Part shown: piece by piece, positions 17,559 to 27,038 of the stretch
Layout: each line of letters starts with the position of its first letter
Position numbering within the stretch: position 1 is the first letter of the stretch
NCBI GenBank assembly: GCA_035295245.1
Contig: DATGJK010000304.1
Location: 1-46,890, forward strand
DNA: 46,890 bases
Source: Acidobacteriaceae bacterium
GTDB lineage: Bacteria > Acidobacteriota > Terriglobia > Terriglobales > Acidobacteriaceae
Reading direction: 5' to 3'
Program-made: the position numbers and the translations under genes
The notes under the pieces: model-generated
What the model was told of the DNA's origin: nothing
Database searches by the model: none
What the model saw: only the letters and a program-made list of their open reading frames with translations

Positions 17559-18706
17559 ATTGCTGCTCCCTGGGACTCGACCGGCAGTGCCGCGAAAAAA
17601 GTGGTCCCTTCATGTTCGCTGCTCGTCACCCACACCTGGCCTCCATGGGCGAGGGCGGCCTGCTTCGCAACCGACAGCCCAATGCCCGTCCCCGGCGCCA
17701 GGTGTTCCGCGGTTTGCGACCGGAAATACCGGTCGAAGATGCGCTCATGCTCCGCTGCGGGAATCACCGGGCCGCGATTATGCACCGACAAAACAATGCA
17801 TCCGGGGCGCTCAGCGGCGCCGATCGTCACCGTCGTGCCCACGTCGGCATATTTCCCGGCGTTCTCAACAAAGTGCGTCAGCATCGCCTCCAGCAGGCTG
17901 CGGTCGCCCATCAGTGACAGATCGTCGCGCGCCAGATCGACCTTGATCGACATGTTGGCCAGCTGCTCCCGTGTTGCCGCGATCACGTCTTCGATCAGCG
18001 GAGCAATCGCCACCAGTTCCGCATGCAGGCTGTGCGCCTCCAGCCGCGCCGTGCGCAGCAGCCGCGTCGTCAGCAGGTTCAACTGCGCCGCCTGCTCCGC
18101 AATGAGCGAGACCATCGTGCCCTGCGCTGCGGAAAGGTTCCCCATTTCCTTCAATCCGCTCGCAGCCGCCTGAATCGCGGTGAGCGGTGTCTTGTACGCG
18201 TGTGCCAGGCTGTCGAGAACCGTGCTGCGCAGCTGCTCGGCGCGCTTTGCGCTCTCCATGCGCATTTCGTTCGCGAAGGCGTGATACCGGTCGAAGCTGA
18301 TCGCGATCAGCGCCGCAATCTGGCTGCTGATTGCCTCCTCCGCTTCGCCGCGCAGCAGCAGCGCTCCGATCGGCAGGTTCCTCACTCGAAGCACGCGCCG
18401 GATCAGCCCGGTCTCCGGATCGTCCCGCACCGTCTCGAAGACGAAAACGTTGCGGACCGTCTCCTCCACTCCCGGAAACCACTCGCCCAGCTGGTAAACC
18501 TCGTTGACATCCGCGTCGAGGATCGCCACCGCCTCGAACCCGAAAATCGATTGGATCAGCGACGCGAGCGCCGGCCCGGGTTTTTGGTGAAGGTCCAGCT
18601 CCGCGGCGTGTTCCACAAGCTCGCGCACCTTCTCCGCACCGCTCCTGTCGGAGAGATACGATTCCCGTCCGTTCCCGGCGGGAACAATGTAGCGTTCAGA
18701 GTTCAA
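17555..18706 (-). CDS. Sensor histidine kinase, KdpD C-terminal-like (GAF-like + HisKA + HATPase), lacking the KdpD N-terminal and transmembrane modules
   Basis: H-box SLAHAYKTPLTAI, N-box HFVENAGKYA, G2 box GTGIGLSVAK. I prefer the TTG at 18706 (LNSERYIV), preceded by GAGGAA 8 nt upstream. The track start at 18859 adds an Arg/Gly-rich, non-protein-like extension. Confidence 0.82.
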   Translation of the reverse strand: MNSERYIVPAGNGRESYLSDRSGAEKVRELVEHAAELDLHQKPGPALASLIQSIFGFEAVAILDADVNEVYQLGEWFPGVEETVRNVFVFETVRDDPETGLIRRVLRVRNLPIGALLLRGEAEEAISSQIAALIAISFDRYHAFANEMRMESAKRAEQLRSTVLDSLAHAYKTPLTAIQAAASGLKEMGNLSAAQGTMVSLIAEQAAQLNLLTTRLLRTARLEAHSLHAELVAIAPLIEDVIAATREQLANMSIKVDLARDDLSLMGDRSLLEAMLTHFVENAGKYADVGTTVTIGAAERPGCIVLSVHNRGPVIPAAEHERIFDRYFRSQTAEHLAPGTGIGLSVAKQAALAHGGQVWVTSSEHEGTTFFAALPVESQGAAI

Positions 18707-18775
18707 TCGGGAAATTCCTCGCGCGCAGCCACGGAGGGGGGCAGTACGGCGGGCTCCGGGCGAGTCGCGCTTTAT

Positions 18776-18797
18776 ATCAGATTTTGAATCAGATTTG
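18776..18797. promoter_or_regulatory. Direct repeat ATCAGATTT (18776-18784 and 18788-18796, 12-bp period) in the A/T-rich divergent region between the kinase operon and the porin gene
   Basis: Read directly from the sequence: tatATCAGATTTtgaATCAGATTTgc. Direct repeats are the usual architecture of OmpR-family binding sites. A regulatory function is not shown. Confidence 0.25.
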
Positions 18798-19008
18798 CAT
18801 AGCGGTCCACCGAAAACTCCCGCGCCGGCCCGCGAACTCCCCCTCCCAGTTCTCCACACCTTGTTTAGGCCGTCTTCATAAATTCCTCATGACTTCTTTG
18901 AGTTCATAGAATCACCCCGGCAAGAAAGCAGAGTGGCCCGCTTACGACCAGCGCTGGGGAAAGCTGTATCGGCCATGATTCATCAATTTTTCTCTTTGGG
19001 AGGACCTG

Positions 19009-20211
19009 ATGCAGTCCCATCGCATGTCTCTGAATCTAAACCGCCTTCTGAGCATCGCCGTGAGTGCGCTCTCGGCTCTGAGCCTGCCCGTTGCCGCTCA
19101 GACGCAGAGCCCGCCCCCTGCTCCCGCACCGGCGGCAGCACAGGCTCCGGCGCCCGCGCCCGCCGCCACTCCGGCCACCTGGCGCTTTGCCGGCGTCGAC
19201 TGGACCGGCTACGTCGACGGCTACGGCAGCCTGAACAACAATCACCCCACCAACGCCGCGAACGCCCAGTCGAACGATCTCTACAACTTCAACGACCGAA
19301 CCGACCAGTTCGATCTGGCTGAGGCCAGAATCACGTTCAACCGCAATCCCGCTCCCGTGGGTGTGCACGCCGATGTCATCTTCGGCCGGGCGAATGCGTT
19401 TCTCCATCCCGACACGGCGAAGTACGACGACGACTACCTCGAGCAGGCCTACCTCTCGTACACGCCGAAGAAGACCCACGGCACCGAAGTCGACTTCGGG
19501 CAGTTCGTCACCGCGGCCGGCGCGGAAGTGATCGAGGCGAAGGACAACTGGAACTATTCCCGTTCCATCCTGTTCGCCTGGGCGATTCCCTACTACCACT
19601 TCGGCCTGCGCACTTCCACTCCGGTTACGAAGACGTGGACAGCCGGCGTGCAGCTGGTGAATGGCTGGAACAACACCATTAATGGCGAGGGCGGCCCGAC
19701 CGGCGCCATCACCAGCACCCTCACCAAGCCCAAATACACGTGGTCTGCCGACCTCTACACCGGCCCGGAGAAGAGCGGCGGAGTCGGCATGTATCGCAAC
19801 CTGCTCGACACCACGCTCCTGCTGACGCCCACGTCGAAATTCAACGCGTACATTAACTTCGATTATGGCCATAACCACACCAATGCGGTTGGTCCCCTGC
19901 CGGCTGTTAGCGCGCACTGGACCGGCGTAGCCTTCGCCGCGCACGAGCAGTTCACCTCGCTGCAGGCCGTGGCCGCGCGCGTTGAATTCCTGCAGGACAA
20001 GGGCGGCTTTGCTACCGGCCTCGACCAGACGGTGAAGGAAGGCACCGCCACCTACGAGCACAAGTTCTGGAAATCGCGCTTCCTCGGACGAATGGAGTAC
20101 CGGCACGACTGGTCGAACGAGCCCTTCTTCCACAAGAGCACCAATCGCCTCGTTGACGCGCAGTCCACGCTCAGCCTCGGCATGATGGCAATTCTCTCTC
20201 CCGGATCGTAA
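19009..20211 (+). CDS. Outer-membrane beta-barrel porin (OmpL-like / porin-2 type)
   Basis: SD GGGAGGA upstream. Signal peptide (LSIAVSALSALSLPVAAQ) and a Pro/Ala-rich spacer. Alternating beta-strand pattern with aromatic girdles, ending in LSLGMMAILSPGS. Confidence 0.72.
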   Translation: MQSHRMSLNLNRLLSIAVSALSALSLPVAAQTQSPPPAPAPAAAQAPAPAPAATPATWRFAGVDWTGYVDGYGSLNNNHPTNAANAQSNDLYNFNDRTDQFDLAEARITFNRNPAPVGVHADVIFGRANAFLHPDTAKYDDDYLEQAYLSYTPKKTHGTEVDFGQFVTAAGAEVIEAKDNWNYSRSILFAWAIPYYHFGLRTSTPVTKTWTAGVQLVNGWNNTINGEGGPTGAITSTLTKPKYTWSADLYTGPEKSGGVGMYRNLLDTTLLLTPTSKFNAYINFDYGHNHTNAVGPLPAVSAHWTGVAFAAHEQFTSLQAVAARVEFLQDKGGFATGLDQTVKEGTATYEHKFWKSRFLGRMEYRHDWSNEPFFHKSTNRLVDAQSTLSLGMMAILSPGS

Positions 20212-20260
20212 ACAGCGGGATCAGCGACCCAACCTGAATTCACATCGACAGGAGAAAAAA

Positions 20261-22045
20261 ATGGCAGAGCAGAAATCCACCGGCCAGATGCAGGCCACGC
20301 TTGGGCTGACCGGTCTCACCAGTAATGCGATGGCTCTCATTGCTCCGGGAGCTTTCCTGTGGCTCACGTTCGTTATCCAGGCGGGAACCGGTTCCACCTC
20401 GCCTTCGATGTGGGCGGGCATCTTCGCCGCTCTCCTGCTCTGTTTGGCGACCGCCGTGTCCTACGCTGAAATCTCCAAGCTCTATCCCGGCACGGGCTCG
20501 AGCTACTACTACGCCGAGCAGGCCCTGCTCTCCAAAGACAAGGCCTTCAAGTACGCCCGCCTCTTCAAGTTCGTCGTCGGGTGGGGCTCGCATCTCTACT
20601 ACTGGGTCTACCCCGGCGTGATGGTCGGCGTCACCGGCATCTTTGTCGGCTATGTCGTCGGCTTCCTCTACCCCAACTTCATCAGCGGCGCGAACCCCGG
20701 CCCTGTCTTCACCGGCCTGGTCGCGATCGTCTTTTCCTTCGGAGTAGCGTGGATTGCCCAGCGCGGCGCCAATGCCTCGACGGCGGTCAACCTCGCCATC
20801 AACGTCGTCCAGATCTCCGCGCTGGTCCTCTTCAGCGTGCTGGCGCTCGGCTATCGCGCCAATCATCCGTCCGGTTCCGTAGCCTTCCAGTACGACACCA
20901 ACACGCTCGCGACCTACACCTATGAGTTCGCGACCAAACCCGATGGCACCATCATCCGCGACGCGAACGGTATTCCGCAGCCGCAGATGGACAAAGCCGG
21001 CAAGCCCGTTCCCTTCCACGTGCAGTACCCGGCCTACGACTCGAGCGGCAAGTTTGTCTCGCACCCGACTCCTGCGTCCGTCGTCGGCATCCACAATTTC
21101 AACTGGATGATGATTCAGGCTACGGTCGCCATCCTCATCCTGGTCGGCTTCGAATCGGTAACCGCGATGGGAGGCGAAGCGAAGAACGCCAAACGCGACA
21201 TCCCCATTGCGGTCATTGCGTCGCTGCTGATTCAGGGACTGATGTGTTACCTCTTCGAATATTTCGCGGCCAACTACTTCCTCAGTACGGGGTACAGCAT
21301 GCAAACCGCGACCACGTCCGCGGCGCCCATCGGCGACATGATGATCATGGTCGGCGACGCGCTCTTCGGACAGGGTCACGGTAAGTACTTCATGCTCGCG
21401 GAGGCGATCACCGTGTTCCTCGCGCTGATCGGCACCACGCTCTCCTGCATGAACACCGGAGCCCGCGTCACCTATGCCATGGGCATGGACAAGGAAGCCC
21501 CGGAGCACTTCGGCATGCTGCACTCGAAGAACCTCACTCCGCACCGCGCCATCTGGACGCTGGCCGGCATCTCCGCCTTCATCGGCGTGATCGCCGTCAG
21601 CCTCGCCTTCGGCGACGCCGGTGCGCCCACCGACGCCACCGTTGCCTCTCTGCCCCATGGGATATTCTCCAGCTTGGGCTACTTCTCCCATGACAAAATG
21701 GCGGCGCTGCCCAACACGCTGCTGGCGGTGACGCTCACCTCCAACTTCGGCACCTTCATCCTGTACGCCCTCACCTGCTTCCTGTGCATGGTGGCTTTCC
21801 ACAAGCGTGCAGACTTCAGCCTCCTTCGCCACGTGCTGATTCCCGGATTTGGCCTGCTGGCGAATCTGGGCTGCATGGTGTTCTACCTGGTGGGTCCGAC
21901 CATGGGCTACGGCACCGTCAAGGAGCCGCTGATCGCCATGGGAGTCGCCCTCGTCTGGGGCCTCTACGGCGGCGTGTACTTCCTGCGCTCGTCGAAGGTC
22001 AAAGGCAAAACTCTCCTGCTCGAAAAGAGAGCCGAGGTCGCCTAG
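20261..22045 (+). CDS. APC-superfamily (amino acid/polyamine/organocation) permease with an ~80-aa extracytoplasmic loop insertion
   Basis: 594-aa ORF with 12 or more hydrophobic helices. The N-terminus LGLTGLTSNAMALIAPGAFLW is typical of the APC family. SD AGGAGA upstream. Soluble insert NHPSGSVAFQYDTNT...GKFVSHPTP. Confidence 0.85.
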   Translation: MAEQKSTGQMQATLGLTGLTSNAMALIAPGAFLWLTFVIQAGTGSTSPSMWAGIFAALLLCLATAVSYAEISKLYPGTGSSYYYAEQALLSKDKAFKYARLFKFVVGWGSHLYYWVYPGVMVGVTGIFVGYVVGFLYPNFISGANPGPVFTGLVAIVFSFGVAWIAQRGANASTAVNLAINVVQISALVLFSVLALGYRANHPSGSVAFQYDTNTLATYTYEFATKPDGTIIRDANGIPQPQMDKAGKPVPFHVQYPAYDSSGKFVSHPTPASVVGIHNFNWMMIQATVAILILVGFESVTAMGGEAKNAKRDIPIAVIASLLIQGLMCYLFEYFAANYFLSTGYSMQTATTSAAPIGDMMIMVGDALFGQGHGKYFMLAEAITVFLALIGTTLSCMNTGARVTYAMGMDKEAPEHFGMLHSKNLTPHRAIWTLAGISAFIGVIAVSLAFGDAGAPTDATVASLPHGIFSSLGYFSHDKMAALPNTLLAVTLTSNFGTFILYALTCFLCMVAFHKRADFSLLRHVLIPGFGLLANLGCMVFYLVGPTMGYGTVKEPLIAMGVALVWGLYGGVYFLRSSKVKGKTLLLEKRAEVA

Positions 22046-22065
22046 AATCAATTGCCATCTCTTCC

Positions 22066-22095
22066 GGCCGGGAGCCCTGTACAGGACTCCCGGCC
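22066..22095 (+). terminator. Candidate intrinsic terminator hairpin after the APC permease gene
   Basis: GGCCGGGAG (22066-22074) pairs perfectly with CTCCCGGCC (22087-22095). Inner CCT/AGG pairs extend the stem. It is followed by ATTGCTGTTGC, a modest T content. Confidence 0.45.
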
Positions 22096-22124
22096 ATTGC
22101 TGTTGCACGTATCTTTGGTGAAGC

Positions 22125-22931
22125 ATGCTGGAAATCGAGTTCGGCCAGGCGACCCACCCCGGCAAAGTACGAACCAATAACGAGGACTGCACCGGATACT
22201 TCGAGCCACGCTCCCGCCAGGAGGCGCGCTCCCGCGGGTGGTTCTTTGCTCTCGCCGACGGTGTGGGCGGCTCTGACTTCGGCGAGGTCGCCTCCTCCAA
22301 AGCCATTCAGGTCGTCTGCGACGAATTCTCCCAATGCCAGGAGAACACCTCGCTCGCCAGTCTTCTCCCTCGGCTGATTCAGCACGCCAACGCCGCCGTG
22401 CACGACGAGGGACTGGTGCGCGAGCGGCGAGGCAGTCACATGGCCACGACCATCGTCACCTGCGCGCTCCGTCACGATCAGGCTTTCGTCGCGCATGTGG
22501 GCGACTCGCGCTGCTACCACGTTCGCGAGGGCCGGGCCGTTGCCGTCACCCAGGACCACACCTGGGTCAACGAGCAGCGCAAGCTCGGTCTCATGTCCTC
22601 GGCCGATGCCGAAACAGCGGAGACGCGCCACATGCTCACCCGTTCCCTGGGTCCGGAGCTCTTCGTCACCGCGGACACCAATGCCGTCAGCCTCCGCCCA
22701 GGCGATCGCCTGATCCTCTGTTGTGACGGACTCTATGGTGGAATGCAGAACAGCGACATCGCGCGCATCGCTTCGCAAAACAAAAACCTCAGCGAAGTAG
22801 CGCGCGAACTGGTGTGCTTCTCGGTCGAAGCAGATGGTTCCGACAACACCACCGCGATGGTGATTGCTATTCGCTCGATTGAGGCCATGGCCATGTATCG
22901 CGGCAGGCTCTATCCCCGTCCCGGCGCATAA
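22125..22931 (+). CDS. PP2C-family Ser/Thr protein phosphatase
   Basis: GQATHPGKVRTNNEDC, FFALADGVGG, LILCCDGLYGGM, DNTTAMVI. These are the canonical PP2C metal-binding motifs. Confidence 0.9.
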   Translation: MLEIEFGQATHPGKVRTNNEDCTGYFEPRSRQEARSRGWFFALADGVGGSDFGEVASSKAIQVVCDEFSQCQENTSLASLLPRLIQHANAAVHDEGLVRERRGSHMATTIVTCALRHDQAFVAHVGDSRCYHVREGRAVAVTQDHTWVNEQRKLGLMSSADAETAETRHMLTRSLGPELFVTADTNAVSLRPGDRLILCCDGLYGGMQNSDIARIASQNKNLSEVARELVCFSVEADGSDNTTAMVIAIRSIEAMAMYRGRLYPRPGA

Positions 22932-23120
22932 CCTGGAAAGGTTACTGCCCTGTACCGCCCGGAATAGAACCAAGGTAACTTTGCTCGTCTGTGCTAATGC
23001 ACGGGTAAGTCGCATTCAAATCAGGACTGTTCCGTTCTGGAATTACTACCCGCACAGTTACGAATCCCAACGCGAAAGTGGTATAGATGAAACCTCCGTA
23101 ACTGCCGATCATTCCTATGG

Positions 23121-26100
23121 ATGAAGCGCAGCGAAAAACTGGGCCTGCTCTCCGCGGCGCTGGTCGCAATCCTCTTCGCGGCGGCGGCAGCGTGGTTCGT
23201 GCTTGGGACGGGCTCTGTCCTGAATCGGCACAATTCACTGCAGCAAGTCCAGGAATTACCAGTGGGTGCCCGCGTTCACCTGCTCGGCCAGGTCACTTAC
23301 CTCGACGCCCCAGGCAAGCGTTTCTGGATCCAGGACGAAACCGGCGCAGCGCCTATTCCACTCGATCCATCTGCAGCGCGTCTCTCAGTCGGCGAAATCA
23401 TCGCCGTCGATGCAGTCACCGGCGGCCGCTACGATCCGCTGCAGGGGCCGGTCAGTTTTGATCTTGAACATATCTCGGTCCACTCCAGTTCCGCGGAGCT
23501 GAAGCTGCCGCCGCCTGGCATCGCCGACCTCGACAACTTTCCTACGCCTGAAAAGAATGGCCAGCGCGTCACCATGCAGGCCATTGTGCGCGACTTCGTC
23601 GTCGATCAGCGCGGATATCCCACCTTCATCATCGGCAAATCGGCGTTCCAGGTTTCCGCCATTGTGCCTCCCCCCGGCCGCGATCTGCGCAGCCTCGTGG
23701 ATGCCAGCGTCAGCGTCACCGGTGTTCCCGAGCAGTTGCGCAACGCCCAGGGCCGGGTCATCGCCAATAACCTCTGGGTGCCGTCGTGGGACGATGTGCA
23801 CATCGACAGCCCTGCCCCGAGTTCCGTGCCGCTCCGCGACATTCTCAGCCTCTACCGCGATCCCATCGACGGTCATCGCGTCCGCGTCCGCGGTTTCGTG
23901 GCTCGCGTCGATCCCAGTTCTTTTCTGCTCGAGGACTCCTGGGGAGCCATCGAGTGCCGAATGACCGGCGCACCTTCCGTTCAGCCCGGATCGGCCGTCG
24001 AGGCGGTTGCCTTCCCCAGCCATGACGGCATGCGCATCGATTTGTATAACGCCAGCGTGATTCCGACCGCCGCGCCGCGCCTCGCGACCTCCGGCCCATC
24101 GGCCTCGGCCGAGCCCGTGCTGACGACCGTGCAATCGATTCGACAACTCTCGCCGGAACGCGCCGCACTGGCGCTTCCCGTCCACGTCTCCGGCGTCGTC
24201 ACGCACATCATTCCCCAGTGGGGCCAGCTCTATTTTCAGGACTCCACCGGCGGAATTTTCGTGAAGTACTCCGGCGTTCATCCCGAAATCACCGGCGGCA
24301 GCCGGCTTAGCCTCACCGGCCTCACCAATCCCGGCAACTTCGCACCGGTGATTGTCGCCCCGAAGATCAGGCTGGATGGCACGGCTCCCATGCCGAAGCC
24401 GGCCGCTGTAAACCTGGAACAAGCCGCTTCCGGTCTGCTTGACTCCCAGTACGCGACCATCGACGGCATCGTCCACCCGCTCCATGCCGGCACTGCTGTG
24501 ACCGAATTCGGGCTGATGACCGAGATCGGACCGATCCGCGCCTTTACGTCAGCGCAGTTCCCGCCCATCGATAAAATGCGTTATCTGGAAGACGCCCGCG
24601 TTCGCATTCGTGGCGTCTTCGGGACCGTCTTTAATTCGCGGCGTCAGCTCATTGGCTACCAGCTCCTCATCGAGAATCCCTCGAACATCGAGATTCTCGA
24701 AAAGGCCGCTCCCGATCCCTTTGCACTGACCCCAACGCCCGTTGGACAACTCCTCAGCTATTCCGGCAATACGCGTTTCGGCCATCGCGTGAAAGTCGCC
24801 GGCATCGCGACGCTGGTCAAAGCCGATTACATGTACCTGCAGGACAGCACCGGTGGCGTCGAGGTCCGCGGCGGCACCGACGGTGTCCATCTGGGCGACC
24901 GCGTGGAAGCGGTCGGCTATCCCACTCTGGTCGGACGCTACTCGCCGGTGATGACCGAGGCGATTTTTCACACGACCGGCCGCGGCTCGGTTCAGCCGGC
25001 CGCAACCGACGCCGAGTCGATTCTCAGCGGCCGATTCGATTCAACGCTCGTCACCCTGAGCGGAAGACTGCTCGCCTCCGTCAACGAACCTGATCACCTG
25101 AATCTCCTTCTCCAGTCCGGCGTTCGCACCTTTACGGCACAGGTCGATCAGGGCGTGGATGGCCTGGATCTCAGCAAGCTGTCCGACGGCACCATCATCC
25201 AGGTCACCGGGATCTGCTCGACGCAGGTCGATCCGACCAGGCTCTACCGCATCCTCGAGGAGAACCCATCCAGCTTCCAGATCCTGCTTCGTTCTCCCGG
25301 CGACCTCATGGTGACCCATGCGGCTCCCTTCTGGACGTTGCAGACCACACTCAGTCTGGTCGCCATTCTTTCGCTGGCCGTGGTTGCCATTCTGGTCTGG
25401 GCCGCTGTCCTGCGACACCGGGTTCAGGTCCAGACGGCCGAGCTGGAGAAGGCTGCCGAAACCCAGCAGGCGATTCGCGACCTCTCCGCCGCGATGCAGG
25501 ACGTCTCCACCGAGCGGCGCTTCGACTCCCTGGTTTCCGTGCGCGGCAGCAGCGACATCGCGGAGCTGGTAGTGGGCTTCAATCGCATGCTGCTGGAGCT
25601 TGAGCAGCACGAACGCGCACGACGCCAGGCCGAATCCCGCCTCGAACAGATGGCGCTCATCGACGAGCTCACGGGCCTGCCCAATCGCCGCCTGCTGACC
25701 GACCGCCTGCAGCACAGCCTCGCGCTGGGACGCCGCGAGCAGCGCAGGATCGCCCTCGTCTATATCGATCTCGATGGATTCAAGCTCGTGAACGATAGTC
25801 TGGGCCACATCGTGGGCGACACTCTGCTCAGCCAGGTCGCTCAGCGTCTGCATGCGTACACGCGCCAGTCGGATACCCTGGCGCGACTCGGCGGCGACGA
25901 GTTCACCGTCATCCTCGAGAACATCCACGAGGCAGGGGATGCCGAAATCGCCGCCGCCAAATTGCTGGATGCGCTCACCTCCCCGTTTGACGTTCAGGGT
26001 CACACCATCCGCATCGGAGCCAGCGTCGGCATCAGCGTCTTTCCCGATCATGGTGGTGACGGAGGAGAGCTTCTGCAGCAGGCGGATGTAGCCATGTACG

Positions 26101-26966
26101 CAGCCAAACGACGCGGCAAAAACCAGATCGTCATGTTCGGCAACGAGCTCGGCAATGCCGCGCGTCAGCGGCTGATTCTTGAGACCGAACTGCGCCGCGC
26201 GCTGGCCGACAGCGAGATCACCGTGCATTACCAGCCGGAATTCGACCTGATCTCGCACCGCATCATCCGCTTTGAGGCGCTGGCTCGCTGGATGCATCCC
26301 ACCCTCGGCCCGATTCCTCCGCTCAGCTTCATTCCCATTGCCGAAGAGAGTGGCCTCATCATTCCTCTCGGCGCCTACATCATGGAGCGCGCCTGTCGCG
26401 AGGCGATGACGTGGCAAAGCAAGAGCGAATGGCCGATCCAGGTCGCGGTCAACGTCTCCAGCCTGCAGTTCGCGCGCGACGGCTTCATCGACGAAGTGCG
26501 CACCATCCTCGACCGTACCGGCCTGCACCCTTCGCTGCTGCAGATCGAGTTGACCGAGTCAGCCACCGTGGGCGGCGTCGAGCGCGCAGCGGCCATCATC
26601 GATCGCCTCAAGGCCATGGGCGTCACCATTGCCATGGACGACTTCGGCACCGGATATTCCAGCCTCGGCTACTTGCCCAAGCTGGCCTTCGACGCGCTGA
26701 AGATCGATCGCTCCTTCGTCAACGAGCTGACGGTTCGCCCGGAAAATGGCGCGTTCATCGAGTCCATCCTCACCATGGCGCACAACCTCAACATGCGCGT
26801 CATCGTGGAAGGCATTGAGACCCGCGAGCAGCTGGAAATCATGAAGAGCCTCGGCGCCGACGAAGCCCAGGGCTACCTGCTGGGCCGCCCCGGACCCGCG
26901 CCCACCGTGCATCTGGAGGCGAACATCTCCGTTTCCGCCCCCGAACCGGAACCCGCCCGGGCTTAA
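23121..26966 (+). CDS. Membrane-bound GGDEF-EAL protein (diguanylate cyclase/phosphodiesterase) with a ~700-aa periplasmic repeat region
   Basis: N-terminal TM, then a long extracytoplasmic region and a second TM (LSLVAILSLAVVAILVWAAVL). Intact GGDEF (LARLGGDEFTV) with an RxxD I-site (RQSD) 5 residues upstream. Intact EAL motifs (FEALARW, ELTES, DDFGTGYSSL, KIDRSF, EGIET). Confidence 0.9.
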   Translation: MKRSEKLGLLSAALVAILFAAAAAWFVLGTGSVLNRHNSLQQVQELPVGARVHLLGQVTYLDAPGKRFWIQDETGAAPIPLDPSAARLSVGEIIAVDAVTGGRYDPLQGPVSFDLEHISVHSSSAELKLPPPGIADLDNFPTPEKNGQRVTMQAIVRDFVVDQRGYPTFIIGKSAFQVSAIVPPPGRDLRSLVDASVSVTGVPEQLRNAQGRVIANNLWVPSWDDVHIDSPAPSSVPLRDILSLYRDPIDGHRVRVRGFVARVDPSSFLLEDSWGAIECRMTGAPSVQPGSAVEAVAFPSHDGMRIDLYNASVIPTAAPRLATSGPSASAEPVLTTVQSIRQLSPERAALALPVHVSGVVTHIIPQWGQLYFQDSTGGIFVKYSGVHPEITGGSRLSLTGLTNPGNFAPVIVAPKIRLDGTAPMPKPAAVNLEQAASGLLDSQYATIDGIVHPLHAGTAVTEFGLMTEIGPIRAFTSAQFPPIDKMRYLEDARVRIRGVFGTVFNSRRQLIGYQLLIENPSNIEILEKAAPDPFALTPTPVGQLLSYSGNTRFGHRVKVAGIATLVKADYMYLQDSTGGVEVRGGTDGVHLGDRVEAVGYPTLVGRYSPVMTEAIFHTTGRGSVQPAATDAESILSGRFDSTLVTLSGRLLASVNEPDHLNLLLQSGVRTFTAQVDQGVDGLDLSKLSDGTIIQVTGICSTQVDPTRLYRILEENPSSFQILLRSPGDLMVTHAAPFWTLQTTLSLVAILSLAVVAILVWAAVLRHRVQVQTAELEKAAETQQAIRDLSAAMQDVSTERRFDSLVSVRGSSDIAELVVGFNRMLLELEQHERARRQAESRLEQMALIDELTGLPNRRLLTDRLQHSLALGRREQRRIALVYIDLDGFKLVNDSLGHIVGDTLLSQVAQRLHAYTRQSDTLARLGGDEFTVILENIHEAGDAEIAAAKLLDALTSPFDVQGHTIRIGASVGISVFPDHGGDGGELLQQADVAMYAAKRRGKNQIVMFGNELGNAARQRLILETELRRALADSEITVHYQPEFDLISHRIIRFEALARWMHPTLGPIPPLSFIPIAEESGLIIPLGAYIMERACREAMTWQSKSEWPIQVAVNVSSLQFARDGFIDEVRTILDRTGLHPSLLQIELTESATVGGVERAAAIIDRLKAMGVTIAMDDFGTGYSSLGYLPKLAFDALKIDRSFVNELTVRPENGAFIESILTMAHNLNMRVIVEGIETREQLEIMKSLGADEAQGYLLGRPGPAPTVHLEANISVSAPEPEPARA

Positions 26967-27038
26967 CTTGCCTTATCCGAAACACAGCTCTGCCGCCGCA
27001 CCTGAGCTGGCGACAGACTCGGCGGTCTTACTCAGCGC

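Noticed and set aside
16578-18173. 531-aa plus-strand ORF
   Set aside because: It lies antisense to the response regulator and histidine kinase genes, which carry unambiguous motifs. Its composition is Arg/Ser/Ala-biased.
20240-22306. 688-aa minus-strand ORF
   Set aside because: It lies antisense to the APC permease gene. The translation is Arg/Gly/Glu/His-rich and has no motifs. Long stop-free antisense frames are expected in high-GC coding DNA, and the plus-strand product has clear transporter character.
22929-23120. 189-bp lower-GC leader before the GGDEF-EAL gene, with a TAACCT-GGAA-AGGTTA hairpin and several GTTAC/GTAAC motifs
   Set aside because: The hairpin is only 6 bp and overlaps the PP2C stop. 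The motif copies are short and not arranged as a clear dyad or array. The evidence is insufficient for a riboswitch, sRNA or operator call.
25041-26528. 495-aa minus-strand ORF
   Set aside because: It lies antisense to the GGDEF-EAL coding region, which has intact GGDEF and EAL motifs. It is a GC-driven artefact.
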